Below are positions 8,646-16,940 of a stretch of DNA of 64,000 nt, one piece after another. The translations under genes and the position numbers were made by a program. Below the pieces are notes generated by a model. It was not told the DNA's origin. It was given only the letters and a program-made list of their open reading frames with translations, and made no database searches. Source of the stretch: an uncultured Coriobacteriaceae bacterium (lineage in GTDB: Bacteria; Actinomycetota; Coriobacteriia; Coriobacteriales; QAMH01); contig UQUH01000001.1 of assembly GCA_900544245.1 (NCBI GenBank), positions 5,928 through 69,927 on the forward strand, read 5' to 3'. How positions within the stretch are numbered: position 1 is the stretch's first letter; the number at the start of each line of letters is the position of its first letter.

Positions 8646-10685
8646 ATGACGGCAGCAATCTTTGCGGCAATCAGCGTTCTTCTCATAGTCGTGGCCATCG
8701 CCATCATCGTCGTCGTCGTGCGATCGGGCCGCCGCCGGCCCACGCGCATCCCAATCGACACGCGTAGCGCTTCCGAACTCGCCATGAGCACCGAGGCCCA
8801 TGGCGGGCCCGGCGGCGATTCCCAGGGCCCGACGCGTCGTCGCTTCTTCGGCTTCGTCGCCGTCATCGGCGCGTGCATCGGCGCGCTCATCGTCAAGCTG
8901 TGGTCGATGCAGGTCATCTCCGGTGCCGAGTACACGGCCAAGGCAGAGGGCAACCGCATCAACGAGTACACGACCATTGCGCCACGCGGACGCATCTTCG
9001 ATCGCAACGGCGTGGAGCTCGTGGGAAACCGTTCGACCTTCGCCGTGCTCGCGAGTGCCGACGTCCAAAACGACCAGCTGGTGTTGAAACGCCTCTCCGA
9101 TGTCCTGGGCATTCCGTACGAGACCATCTCGTCGCTTGCCGCCTCGCAGACGCAGGGGGCGCAGGCCGACCGCGTTATCGCCCTCGATGTCGATGACCGC
9201 GCAGTCGCATACATCTCGGAGCATCCCAACGCGTTTCCCGGCGTGCGGATCGAAAGCCGCACCGTGCGCACCTACCCCAATGACGACCTGGCGGCGCATG
9301 TACTCGGCTATACGGGCACGATTTCGCAGGAAGAGCTCAAGCGGGAGGCAAACGGCATTACCTACGAGTCGGGCGATATCGTCGGCAAGGATGGCGTGGA
9401 GCAGGCCTTCGAATCGTACCTGCAAGGCGATCGCGGCATCAAACGCGTCGAGGTCAACGCGGCCGGCGAGGTCGTGAACGCCGTCGATTCTGTCGAGCCC
9501 GTCCAGGGAAACGACATCCGCATAACCATCGACGCCAACGTCCAAAAAGTCGCCGAGGAGGCATTGCGGCGCGCGTTCGCCGATGCGGCGATGTCGGGCC
9601 ACGATGGTGCCCGTTCCGGCGCCATCGTCTGCATGAATTGCAATACCGGCGAGGTCATCGCCATGGCATCGGCCCCCTCGTACAATCCGAGCCAGTTCAT
9701 CGGAGGCATCTCGTCCGACGTCTGGGAGGAAATGACGAGCGAGGATTCCGCCTATCCGCTCTCGAATCGCTGCATCGCCGGTCTGTATCCGGCTGCATCA
9801 ACCTTCAAGGGCTTCACGGGTCTGGCGGGGTTGGAATACGGCTTCGTCACCGACAGCTCGACGTGGGAATGCGAGGGCACGTGGACGGGGTTCGGCGAGG
9901 AATGGCCGCAGAAGTGCTGGAAGACGGAGGGCCACGGATCGATTGGCTTCCATAACGGCATCGTCGAAAGCTGCGACGTCGTCTTCTACGAAATCGCCAA
10001 GAACTTCTACCAGTACAACGAAAGCGAGACGGCGCTCCAAGACTATCTCAAGACCTGGGGCTTTGGTTCCAAGACGGGCATCGAGCTCTCCGGCGAGTCG
10101 GAGGGACGCGTGCCCACGCCCGAGTGGAAGAAGAAGTTCAATCGCGACGCACCCGAAAGCCAGGCGTGGTTGCCGGGTGACCTCTCGAACCTCATCATCG
10201 GCCAGGGCGACCTGCTCGTGACGCCGCTGCAGATATGCTGCGGATACGCGGGGCTCGCCACCGGCCGCGTCCCCAAGCCCGTGCTGCTGCATTCCGTCAT
10301 TTCCACCGACGGCACCATGACGGCAGTGGACGGGGCTCGCTACCAGGGCAGCATAGTCCAGCCCGAATTCGACCAGAAGAACATCGACATCATGCGCAGC
10401 GGATTTCGCGGCGTCGTCGAGGATGGCTCGGTATCGGGCGTTTTCGAGGATATGGGCATCGCGACTTCGGGTAAGACGGGCACCGGCGAGGTCGCCGGCA
10501 AGGACGACTATGGTTGGTATGTTGGCTATGGTCCGACGGAAGCGCCCGAATACGTATGCGTCTGCTGCATCGAGGAAGGCGGATCCGGCGCCCTGTGCGC
10601 CGCCCCCGCCGTGCGCTCGGTGCTCGCCGCCGCCTTTGGCCTGTCCGCCGAGCACGTTTCCGGTTCCGCGATCGAGGAGCGCTGA
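8646..10685 (+). CDS. mrdA: Penicillin-binding protein 2 (elongasome class B transpeptidase)
   Basis: 679 aa with an N-terminal TM helix, a dimerisation domain and transpeptidase motifs STFK (AASTFKG) and KTG (SGKTGTGE). It lies between mreD and rodA. Confidence 0.9.
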   Translation: MTAAIFAAISVLLIVVAIAIIVVVVRSGRRRPTRIPIDTRSASELAMSTEAHGGPGGDSQGPTRRRFFGFVAVIGACIGALIVKLWSMQVISGAEYTAKAEGNRINEYTTIAPRGRIFDRNGVELVGNRSTFAVLASADVQNDQLVLKRLSDVLGIPYETISSLAASQTQGAQADRVIALDVDDRAVAYISEHPNAFPGVRIESRTVRTYPNDDLAAHVLGYTGTISQEELKREANGITYESGDIVGKDGVEQAFESYLQGDRGIKRVEVNAAGEVVNAVDSVEPVQGNDIRITIDANVQKVAEEALRRAFADAAMSGHDGARSGAIVCMNCNTGEVIAMASAPSYNPSQFIGGISSDVWEEMTSEDSAYPLSNRCIAGLYPAASTFKGFTGLAGLEYGFVTDSSTWECEGTWTGFGEEWPQKCWKTEGHGSIGFHNGIVESCDVVFYEIAKNFYQYNESETALQDYLKTWGFGSKTGIELSGESEGRVPTPEWKKKFNRDAPESQAWLPGDLSNLIIGQGDLLVTPLQICCGYAGLATGRVPKPVLLHSVISTDGTMTAVDGARYQGSIVQPEFDQKNIDIMRSGFRGVVEDGSVSGVFEDMGIATSGKTGTGEVAGKDDYGWYVGYGPTEAPEYVCVCCIEEGGSGALCAAPAVRSVLAAAFGLSAEHVSGSAIEER

Positions 10686-10692
10686 TACGGGC

Positions 10693-11904
10693 ATGCCGCA
10701 GCTTTCGTTCGGGAAATCCCCCAAGGTCCACGCGCGTACCGCATCGGCCAGCTTGGCCGGTTCGGGCGAGAAGCGCTCGTTTTCGATTCCGGCCAACATC
10801 ATCTTGCTCGTCCTGGTCGTGCTCATCTTGATCTGCGGCCTCGTCACGTTGTATGCGGTGACGAGGACCGAGACGGAGTATTCGATAACGCGCCAGATCG
10901 TCGGCGTCGCGATTGGCGTCGTCGTCATGGTGGGCGTTTGGCTTTTCGACTACCGTCGTCTGGCCAATCTCGTCATCCCCCTCATCGTCCTCGATGCCGT
11001 CCTCATCTTGCTGCCGATGGTTCCCGGCCTCGGATACGAGGTCAATGGCGCGACCTCGTGGATTAGGGTCGGCTCCCTGTCCTTCCAGCCCTCCGAGCTC
11101 GCCAAACCGGTGACCATCTTGGCGATTGGCGCGGCGACGGCACAGTACCAGGGGTCGATCACGAGGGGCATCGACTTCCTGAAGTTGCTCGGCATCCTGC
11201 TCATTCCCTTCGTCTTACTCATGCGCGAGGACCTGGGCACGGCACTCGTCATCCTCATCGTCGGGTTCTGCATTCTGCTCATCGGCGGCGTCGCGCGTCG
11301 CTGGCTCATCATCTCGGTCGTCACGGCAGTGGTCGGCGTAGCGGGCCTGCTTGGCCTCAATGGCGTCGTCAACGATTGGACCGGCGGAGACGTCCAGCTC
11401 ATCAGGCAGTACCAGATGAGCCGCCTGCTCGTCTTCATCGATCCCGACAATCCCGAATATGCCGACGATGCCTACAACCTCAACCAGGCCAAGATCGCTG
11501 TCGGAAGCGGCGAGCTCGTCGGAAAGGGCTGGGGTAACGCGACGCAATCGTCGGGCGGCTTCCTGCCCGAGTCGGCGACGGACTTCATCTTCTGCGTCTT
11601 CGCCGAGCAATTTGGCTTCGTGGGGGCGTTCATATTGCTTGTCCTGTACCTTGCGCTGCTCATGACGGCGCTCGGCATAGGACTTTCGTCATCCGATTTG
11701 TTCGGCTCGCTCATCGCAGCTGGTATCATGGCGATGTGGCTGTTCCAGATTGTCGAAAACATCGGCATGGACTTGGGGCTCATGCCCATCACGGGCATTC
11801 CCCTGCCGTTCATGAGCTACGGCTCGTCGTTCATGTTCACGAACTTCATATGCGTCGGGCTGCTCTTGTCGGTCTGGTCGCGGCGCAACGATGCGATAGG
11901 GTAG
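10693..11904 (+). CDS. rodA: SEDS-family peptidoglycan polymerase RodA
   Basis: FtsW/RodA/SpoVE-type polytopic protein (SELAKP, PESATDFIF, GIPLPFMSYGGS-like PLPFMSYGSS). I chose ATG 10693, just after the mrdA stop. The track start 10423 would overlap mrdA by 263 nt. Confidence 0.88.
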   Translation: MPQLSFGKSPKVHARTASASLAGSGEKRSFSIPANIILLVLVVLILICGLVTLYAVTRTETEYSITRQIVGVAIGVVVMVGVWLFDYRRLANLVIPLIVLDAVLILLPMVPGLGYEVNGATSWIRVGSLSFQPSELAKPVTILAIGAATAQYQGSITRGIDFLKLLGILLIPFVLLMREDLGTALVILIVGFCILLIGGVARRWLIISVVTAVVGVAGLLGLNGVVNDWTGGDVQLIRQYQMSRLLVFIDPDNPEYADDAYNLNQAKIAVGSGELVGKGWGNATQSSGGFLPESATDFIFCVFAEQFGFVGAFILLVLYLALLMTALGIGLSSSDLFGSLIAAGIMAMWLFQIVENIGMDLGLMPITGIPLPFMSYGSSFMFTNFICVGLLLSVWSRRNDAIG

Positions 11905-11926
11905 AAAGAGGAAGGTCGGACACGCT

Positions 11927-12949
11927 ATGCCGAGCATGCCAATTGACGTAAGCAAGCTGTTGAGCGCAATCACGAACATCGGGCAGCAGCGCGACATGCC
12001 CTCGCGCGTCGAGCTCGTCTTCGACCCGACGGCAAGCGACGCTCTCGTCGACAAGGTGATCGACGCCTTTGTGGACGTCTCGTCCAACGCCCACGTCACG
12101 GACACCGTCCTTTCCGAGAAGGTCCCCGCCTTGTCCAAGGATACCGACCTCGTCGTCATCGTCGGCGGCGATTCGCTGCTCCTGGGCGATGTCGCGCACG
12201 CCGCAGAGGAAATCGGCGTTCCCGCGGTTGTCGTCATCGAGCGTGGCAAGACCTATTTCGCCAATGACAGAGGGTCCGCGCAGGCCTACGCCGACATGAC
12301 CCTCGCGGCCAATTCCGCTCCCACCTTGACCGGCACCGCCCAGGCGCCTGGCGTGGGCAGGGGCATCGATCTCGAAGACCTCGTCGATATCGAACTCGAC
12401 GGCGATGTCCCCCGTCCGCTCGAGCAGCTCGGAACGTGGGTCGTCCAGAACGTGCCCGACAAGCGCCTGTCGCTCGCCCGCGCGTTCCCGTTCATGCGCC
12501 ATCCGCTTGCCGTCGAGCTCGCCAAGCAGACGACCATCCAGAACGGTGCCATCGGCCTCGTGTTTTTCGTGCCGGGAGCGGACATGCCGCTCATCGCCCT
12601 CAACCAGGCCAAGATGGTGCTCCAGATCGCGGCCGTTTACGGCAAGGAGATGAACAGGGACCGCATTGGCGAGATTCTGGCTGTGATGGCGGGCGGCTTT
12701 GGCTGCCGTGCGGTGGCACGCCAGCTCGTCGCCCGTGCCCCCGTGCTGGGCTGGGCCATCAAGCCGGCCGTTGCCGCATCGGGGACGATGGCGATGGCCA
12801 TCGCCGCGATCGAGTACTACGAGGAGCACGGCAGGCTGCACGGTCTGTCAGAAGTCGCGGCCAAGGCCGCGGAGAAGGCGGCTCCCATCGTCGACAAGGG
12901 CGCCGATCTGGTCGGCACCGTCGTGAGTGACGCGACCGCGCGCATCTAG
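11927..12949 (+). CDS. Hypothetical protein (340 aa); the C-terminal Ala/Gly-rich hydrophobic half is possibly DUF697-like
   Basis: Long ORF with the local GC3-rich codon pattern and RBS GAGGAAGG upstream of ATG 11927. I recognised no catalytic motif. The family assignment is tentative. Confidence 0.6.
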   Translation: MPSMPIDVSKLLSAITNIGQQRDMPSRVELVFDPTASDALVDKVIDAFVDVSSNAHVTDTVLSEKVPALSKDTDLVVIVGGDSLLLGDVAHAAEEIGVPAVVVIERGKTYFANDRGSAQAYADMTLAANSAPTLTGTAQAPGVGRGIDLEDLVDIELDGDVPRPLEQLGTWVVQNVPDKRLSLARAFPFMRHPLAVELAKQTTIQNGAIGLVFFVPGADMPLIALNQAKMVLQIAAVYGKEMNRDRIGEILAVMAGGFGCRAVARQLVARAPVLGWAIKPAVAASGTMAMAIAAIEYYEEHGRLHGLSEVAAKAAEKAAPIVDKGADLVGTVVSDATARI

Positions 12950-13006
12950 ACGTTGCGGTACGACGCTTCGCATCGTTCGCAGAGCTGATCTGATAGGGGA
13001 GATCGC

Positions 13007-14926
13007 GTGCAGGAATCCAATCTCTGGCAACGATATGCGCAGCTTCTCGATCGCGTCGAGAAGCCTTCGCGCTACCTCGGCCAGGAATGGGGCAGCGTCA
13101 CGCCGGCCGAGAAACGCGAGGCCGACTACCATGCGGTGCTCGTGTATCCGGACACATACGAGATCGGCCAGGCGAACCAGGCCATCGCCATACTCTACGA
13201 TTGCCTGAACGCCGACGAGCGCGTCTACTGCGAGCGCGCCTATCTGCCTTGGATTGACATGATCGCCCTCATGCGCGCCCATGACTTGCCGCTCGCATCG
13301 CTCGAGACGTATACGCCCGTGCGCGATTTCGACTTCGTGGGCATCACCTTGCCCCACGAGCTGTGTGCCACGAACGTCCTCGAGTTCCTCGACTTGAGTG
13401 GCATCCCCCTGCATGCCGGCGAGCGCACCGAGGACGACCCCCTCGTCTTTGGCGGCGGGCCGTGCGCATATAATCCCGAGCCCTTCGCCCCCTTCTTCGA
13501 TGCCATCTTCGTGGGCGAGGGCGAGGAGGTCGACCTCGAGGCGGCGCTCAGGCACCGCGAGCTCAAAGGACGGGGGGCGTCGCGCGCGCAGATCCTGCGC
13601 GAGCTTTCCCGCATCGAGGGCGTCTACGTCCCGGGACTCTACGATGTCGAGGAACATGCGATTCGCGATGATCATCTGGCAAGGGGGTTGCGTGGCTACA
13701 CGACGGTGACTCCCCGCGATGCGGATGTTCCCGCACGCGTCGAAAAGCGCATCATCCGCGACTTCGATGCGCTCAACGCCCTGCCGCGCCAGATCGTGCC
13801 ATATTGCGAACTCGTGCATGACCGCCTTGCTATCGAAATCCTGCGCGGCTGCAACCGTGGATGCCGGTTTTGCCAAGCGGGGATGATTTATCGTCCCGTT
13901 CGCGAGCGAAATGCCGACACGGTCATCGCGGCCGTGATGGACGGTCTCTCGAGTACCGGTTACGACGAAGTCTCCCTCACCTCGCTGTCGTCTACGGACC
14001 ATTCGACCATCGAACGGATGCTCAGACGCTTGAACCACAGCTTTTCGCAGACGGGAAAGAGCGTGAGCCTGCCGAGTCAGCGCGTCGACGCGCTCGGCGT
14101 CGAGCTCGCGCGCCTTGCCGCGGGCGAGAAGAAGGGAAGCCTCACGCTCGCCCCCGAGGCCGGAACCCAGCGCATGCGCGACGTCATCAACAAGGGCGTA
14201 AGCGAAGAGGATCTGATGCGCGCCGTGACGAGCGCCGTCGAGGAGGGGTGGCGCGGATTCAAGCTTTACTTCATGATTGGTCTACCAGGCGAGACCGACG
14301 AGGACGTGGCTGGCATCGGGGCGTTGTGCAGACGCGTCTACGCCGCCGCCAAAAACGCCGTGCCCGAGGGCGAGCCGCGAAACATACGCCTCAACGTCTC
14401 GGTCGCGCTTTTCATTCCCAAGGCGATGACGCCGTTTCAGTGGGACCGCCAGATTTCGTTGTCCGAGATCGCGCATCGTATCGACGTGCTGCGCGCGAGC
14501 TTTCCCAAGAAGGGGATCACCTTGCACTGGCATGATTCGGACACGAGCTACGTCGAGGCCGTTCTCGCCCGTGGTGGCCGCGAGTGCGCGGAGCTCGTCG
14601 AGGAGGCGTGGCGTCGAGGCGCGCGCTTCGACGCATGGACCGAGCAGTTCACGTTTGCCGCCTGGGAGCAGGCCGGTGACGTATGCGGCGTTCCCATCAT
14701 GCAACGCGCGAATTGCGAGTACGAGGAGGGCGCTCCTCTTCCCTGGAGCCATATCTCGGCGGGCGTGAGCGAGGAATTCCTGCGCGCGGAGCGAGCCCGT
14801 GCGCATGCGGAGTCGCTGACACCCGACTGCACCTTCGCGAATTGCGCGCAATGTGGAGTATGTCCGCTGTACGGTATGACGAACGTCATCGAGGGCACGC
14901 GCGTCTTGCGAGGTGAGCGCTCATGA
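13007..14926 (+). CDS. Radical SAM protein of the B12-binding-like/radical-SAM family that is usually paired with DUF2344
   Basis: 639 aa, GTG start. It carries the radical-SAM cluster motif CNRGCRFCQAG. Its 3' end overlaps the DUF2344 gene by 4 nt. Confidence 0.85.
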   Translation: MQESNLWQRYAQLLDRVEKPSRYLGQEWGSVTPAEKREADYHAVLVYPDTYEIGQANQAIAILYDCLNADERVYCERAYLPWIDMIALMRAHDLPLASLETYTPVRDFDFVGITLPHELCATNVLEFLDLSGIPLHAGERTEDDPLVFGGGPCAYNPEPFAPFFDAIFVGEGEEVDLEAALRHRELKGRGASRAQILRELSRIEGVYVPGLYDVEEHAIRDDHLARGLRGYTTVTPRDADVPARVEKRIIRDFDALNALPRQIVPYCELVHDRLAIEILRGCNRGCRFCQAGMIYRPVRERNADTVIAAVMDGLSSTGYDEVSLTSLSSTDHSTIERMLRRLNHSFSQTGKSVSLPSQRVDALGVELARLAAGEKKGSLTLAPEAGTQRMRDVINKGVSEEDLMRAVTSAVEEGWRGFKLYFMIGLPGETDEDVAGIGALCRRVYAAAKNAVPEGEPRNIRLNVSVALFIPKAMTPFQWDRQISLSEIAHRIDVLRASFPKKGITLHWHDSDTSYVEAVLARGGRECAELVEEAWRRGARFDAWTEQFTFAAWEQAGDVCGVPIMQRANCEYEEGAPLPWSHISAGVSEEFLRAERARAHAESLTPDCTFANCAQCGVCPLYGMTNVIEGTRVLRGERS

Positions 14927-15594
14927 GCGAGGGGTTCCGCCTTCGGGTCAAATATCGGATCACGGGCAGACTCGCCTACCTGTCCCATCTCGAGACCGTG
15001 CGGTCGATGGAGCGCGTCGTGCGCAGGGCCGCGTTACCCTTTGCGATAACCGAGGGCTTCAACCCGCACATGAAGATAGCCTTCGGACCTGCCCTGCCCG
15101 TGGGGGCGGGGTCGCGTTCGGAATACTTCGACGTGCGTTTGCGTAGCTACGTTGCACCCGATGAGACGTTGGCGGCGTTGCAGGCAGCGGCTCCGGAGAA
15201 TCTCATGCCCGTCGAGTGCGCGTACCGCGCCCACGGCGACGATGCGATTGACGTCATGTACCCGGTGAGCGTATGGCGTGCCGAACTCGTGTGCGAGCGG
15301 GCGTCTGTTGATGACGTGGCGCGCGCATTCGGGCAGCTCGTGGATCGTGGCTTCATCGAAGTCACGAAGACCAAGGGACGCAAGACGACGGCCAAGCGCG
15401 TCGAGTTCGCAGGCAGGCTCGTGGATGGCCCGCATGTGGTTGACAACGGCGATGCCGTAACGGTCGGATTCTCCACCTTCCAGGGTAACGAGGGGGCGCT
15501 ACGCCCTGACAAGTTCATCGCCGCCGCTTGCGAGCTGATGGATGATCAGGTTACCGTCAGGAGCCTCACCCGGATGGAGCTGCGGGAAGCGTAG
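14923..15594 (+). CDS. DUF2344 (radical SAM-linked) protein
   Basis: 223 aa. The N-terminus RLRVKYRITGRLAYLSHLETVRSMERVVRRAALPFAITEGFNPHMKIAFGPALPVG is typical of the family. It is translationally coupled to the radical SAM gene. Confidence 0.8.
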   Translation: MSEGFRLRVKYRITGRLAYLSHLETVRSMERVVRRAALPFAITEGFNPHMKIAFGPALPVGAGSRSEYFDVRLRSYVAPDETLAALQAAAPENLMPVECAYRAHGDDAIDVMYPVSVWRAELVCERASVDDVARAFGQLVDRGFIEVTKTKGRKTTAKRVEFAGRLVDGPHVVDNGDAVTVGFSTFQGNEGALRPDKFIAAACELMDDQVTVRSLTRMELREA

Positions 15595-15680
15595 TTTCCC
15601 CTGTTTTCATCGTCGCGAGTGGGGCATGATAGCCAACGGGTGCTATGGAGATGTACAGAGCGCTCTGAAATAAAATGAAA

Positions 15681-15839
15681 GGGAGCACGGGATCCGGGGC
15701 ATCTCGAGCAGACTCACTGTGAGCGCGATGCGGTTTTGCGAGGACTGTTTGAGCGCGCGTTCTATGCGCGCGAGTTCCACAGCGGCATCGCGCGAACTGT
15801 GAGTCGGGTGCGAGAGCAAGCCCCCGGTCCCGTGTGCCC
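15681..15839 (+). other. About 160-nt rod-like imperfect hairpin (structured RNA, leader or large terminator) between the DUF2344 gene and rplU
   Basis: The 5' arm GGGAGCACGGGATCCGGGGC..GACTCAC..GCGCGATGC pairs with the 3' arm GCATCGCGC..GTGAGTC..GCCCCCGGTCCCGTGTGCCC. The apical hairpin is CGCGCG-TTCTATG-CGCGCG. GAAATTTTT follows the structure. Strand is not resolved. Confidence 0.55.
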
Positions 15840-15850
15840 GAAATTTTTCC

Positions 15851-15879
15851 TTGCCTCGATTCCATCCTCCTAGTAGACT
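15851..15879 (+). promoter_or_regulatory. Promoter candidate for rplU-rpmA
   Basis: TTGCCT (15851-15856), a 17-nt spacer, then TAGACT (15874-15879), about 80 nt upstream of rplU. Confidence 0.4.
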
Positions 15880-15961
15880 ATTAGCGTTTGCCCCCTCGTG
15901 ACGGTTCTTTTCCCTTTCCCGCACGAAACGGGCATGTCAGAGAGTAATGAAAGGTACGCAC

Positions 15962-16528
15962 ATGTACGCGATTGTCAAAACAGGTGGCAAGCAGTACACC
16001 GTAAAGCCGGGCGACGTGCTCGACGTTGAGAAGATCGAAGGCGAGGCCGGCGACAAGGTCTCCCTCGACGTGCTCTTCCTCAACGACGGCTCCAATGTCG
16101 TCACGGATGCGGGCGCTCTTGCCAAGACCAAGGTCACGGCTGAGATTATCGATCAGCACAAGGGTGACAAGCAGATCGTCTTCAAGTTCAAGAAGCGCAA
16201 GGGCTACAAGCGCACGCGCGGCCATCGCCAGCAGCTTACCCGCCTTTGCATCGTCGACGTGAATGGTGCCAAGGCAAGCGCCCCGGCACCCAAGAAGGCC
16301 GTCGCCGAGAAGCCGGCCAAGGCCGAGAAGCCCGCAAAGGCCGCCAAGCCTGCCGCCGAGAAGCCGGCCAAGGCTGAGGCCAAGAAGGCCGCTCAGCCTG
16401 CGGCAGATGTCGACTTCAACAAGATGACCGTTGCCGAGCTCAAGGATTACGCCAAGGAGCATGACATCAAGCTCCCGAGCGGTGCCCGCAAGGCCGACAT
16501 CATCGAGACCATCACCAGCGCAGAGTAG
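15962..16528 (+). CDS. rplU: 50S ribosomal protein L21 with an ~85-aa C-terminal extension (AKP-rich repeats plus a Rho_N/SAP-like helix-hairpin)
   Basis: MYAIVKTGGKQYTVKPGDVL... is a canonical L21 N-terminus, so I chose ATG 15962. The tail contains AEKPAKAEKPAKAAKPAAEKPAKAEAKKAA and MTVAELKDYAKEHDIKLPSGARKADIIETI. Confidence 0.92.
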   Translation: MYAIVKTGGKQYTVKPGDVLDVEKIEGEAGDKVSLDVLFLNDGSNVVTDAGALAKTKVTAEIIDQHKGDKQIVFKFKKRKGYKRTRGHRQQLTRLCIVDVNGAKASAPAPKKAVAEKPAKAEKPAKAAKPAAEKPAKAEAKKAAQPAADVDFNKMTVAELKDYAKEHDIKLPSGARKADIIETITSAE

Positions 16529-16547
16529 CGAAGGGGGCTGAAGTAGC

Positions 16548-16799
16548 ATGGCACACAAGAAGGGCCTCGGATCCAGCCGCAATGGCCGTGATTCCCACGC
16601 GCAGCGTCTAGGCTGCAAGCGTTTTGCCGGTCAGGTCGTGAACGCGGGCGAGATCCTCGTTCGCCAGCGCGGCACGCACTTCCATCCGGGCGAGAACGTT
16701 GGTCGCGGCAAGGATGACACCCTGTTCGCGATGGTTCCCGGCACGGTGAAGTACACCAAGGGCCTCAAGCGCAAGGTTCACGTGATTCCCCAGGCGTAG
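16548..16799 (+). CDS. rpmA: 50S ribosomal protein L27
   Basis: 83 aa, [22 protein letters not shown]...[10 protein letters not shown]. Confidence 0.95.
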   Translation: MAHKKGLGSSRNGRDSHAQRLGCKRFAGQVVNAGEILVRQRGTHFHPGENVGRGKDDTLFAMVPGTVKYTKGLKRKVHVIPQA

Positions 16800-16819
16800 C
16801 GCCCTCCCAATCACGCAAC

Positions 16820-16856
16820 AAAAGCCCCGTTGCCATATGGCGGCGGGGCTTTTGTG
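16820..16856 (+). terminator. Rho-independent terminator after rpmA
   Basis: Hairpin AAAAGCCCCG/CGGGGCTTTT with a trailing T-run. Confidence 0.8.
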
Positions 16857-16872
16857 TAGCTGCTCTGAATTA

Positions 16873-16901
16873 TGGCTAGGAGCAGGGGGCTTTGATAGAA
16901 T
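16873..16901 (+). promoter_or_regulatory. Extended -10 promoter candidate for glmS
   Basis: TGATAGAAT (16893-16901) fits TGnTAGAAT. The -35 element is weak (TGGCTA, 16873-16878). Confidence 0.35.
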
Positions 16902-16940
16902 CTATACTTCAAGACTCACCTCTGAAAGGCAGATTTCCAT

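Noticed and set aside
8481-9602. 373-aa minus-strand ORF, plus similar long antisense ORFs at 5891-6868, 6944-7879, 9798-10928, 11846-12841, 12848-14038, 19874-20917 and 23318-24181
   Set aside because: All lie antisense to plus-strand genes with recognisable families (mreB, mreC, mrdA, rodA, the radical SAM gene, alr and others). None has a motif or RBS support.
10423-10692. Upstream extension of the rodA ORF (track start 10423)
   Set aside because: It would overlap mrdA by 263 nt and encodes an Arg/Pro/Ala-rich sequence unlike a protein. ATG 10693, right after the mrdA stop, gives a normal RodA N-terminus.
15681-15839. Calling the rod-like hairpin a 6S RNA or the Firmicute-type L21 leader
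   Set aside because: I cannot demonstrate the asymmetric central bubble of 6S RNA or any family-specific conserved nucleotides by eye, and the strand is unresolved. I report it only as a structured element.
16857-16940. Possible glmS ribozyme upstream of glmS
   Set aside because: Only about 85 nt lie between the rpmA terminator and the glmS start. That is too short for the ~170-nt ribozyme, and I recognised no conserved core.
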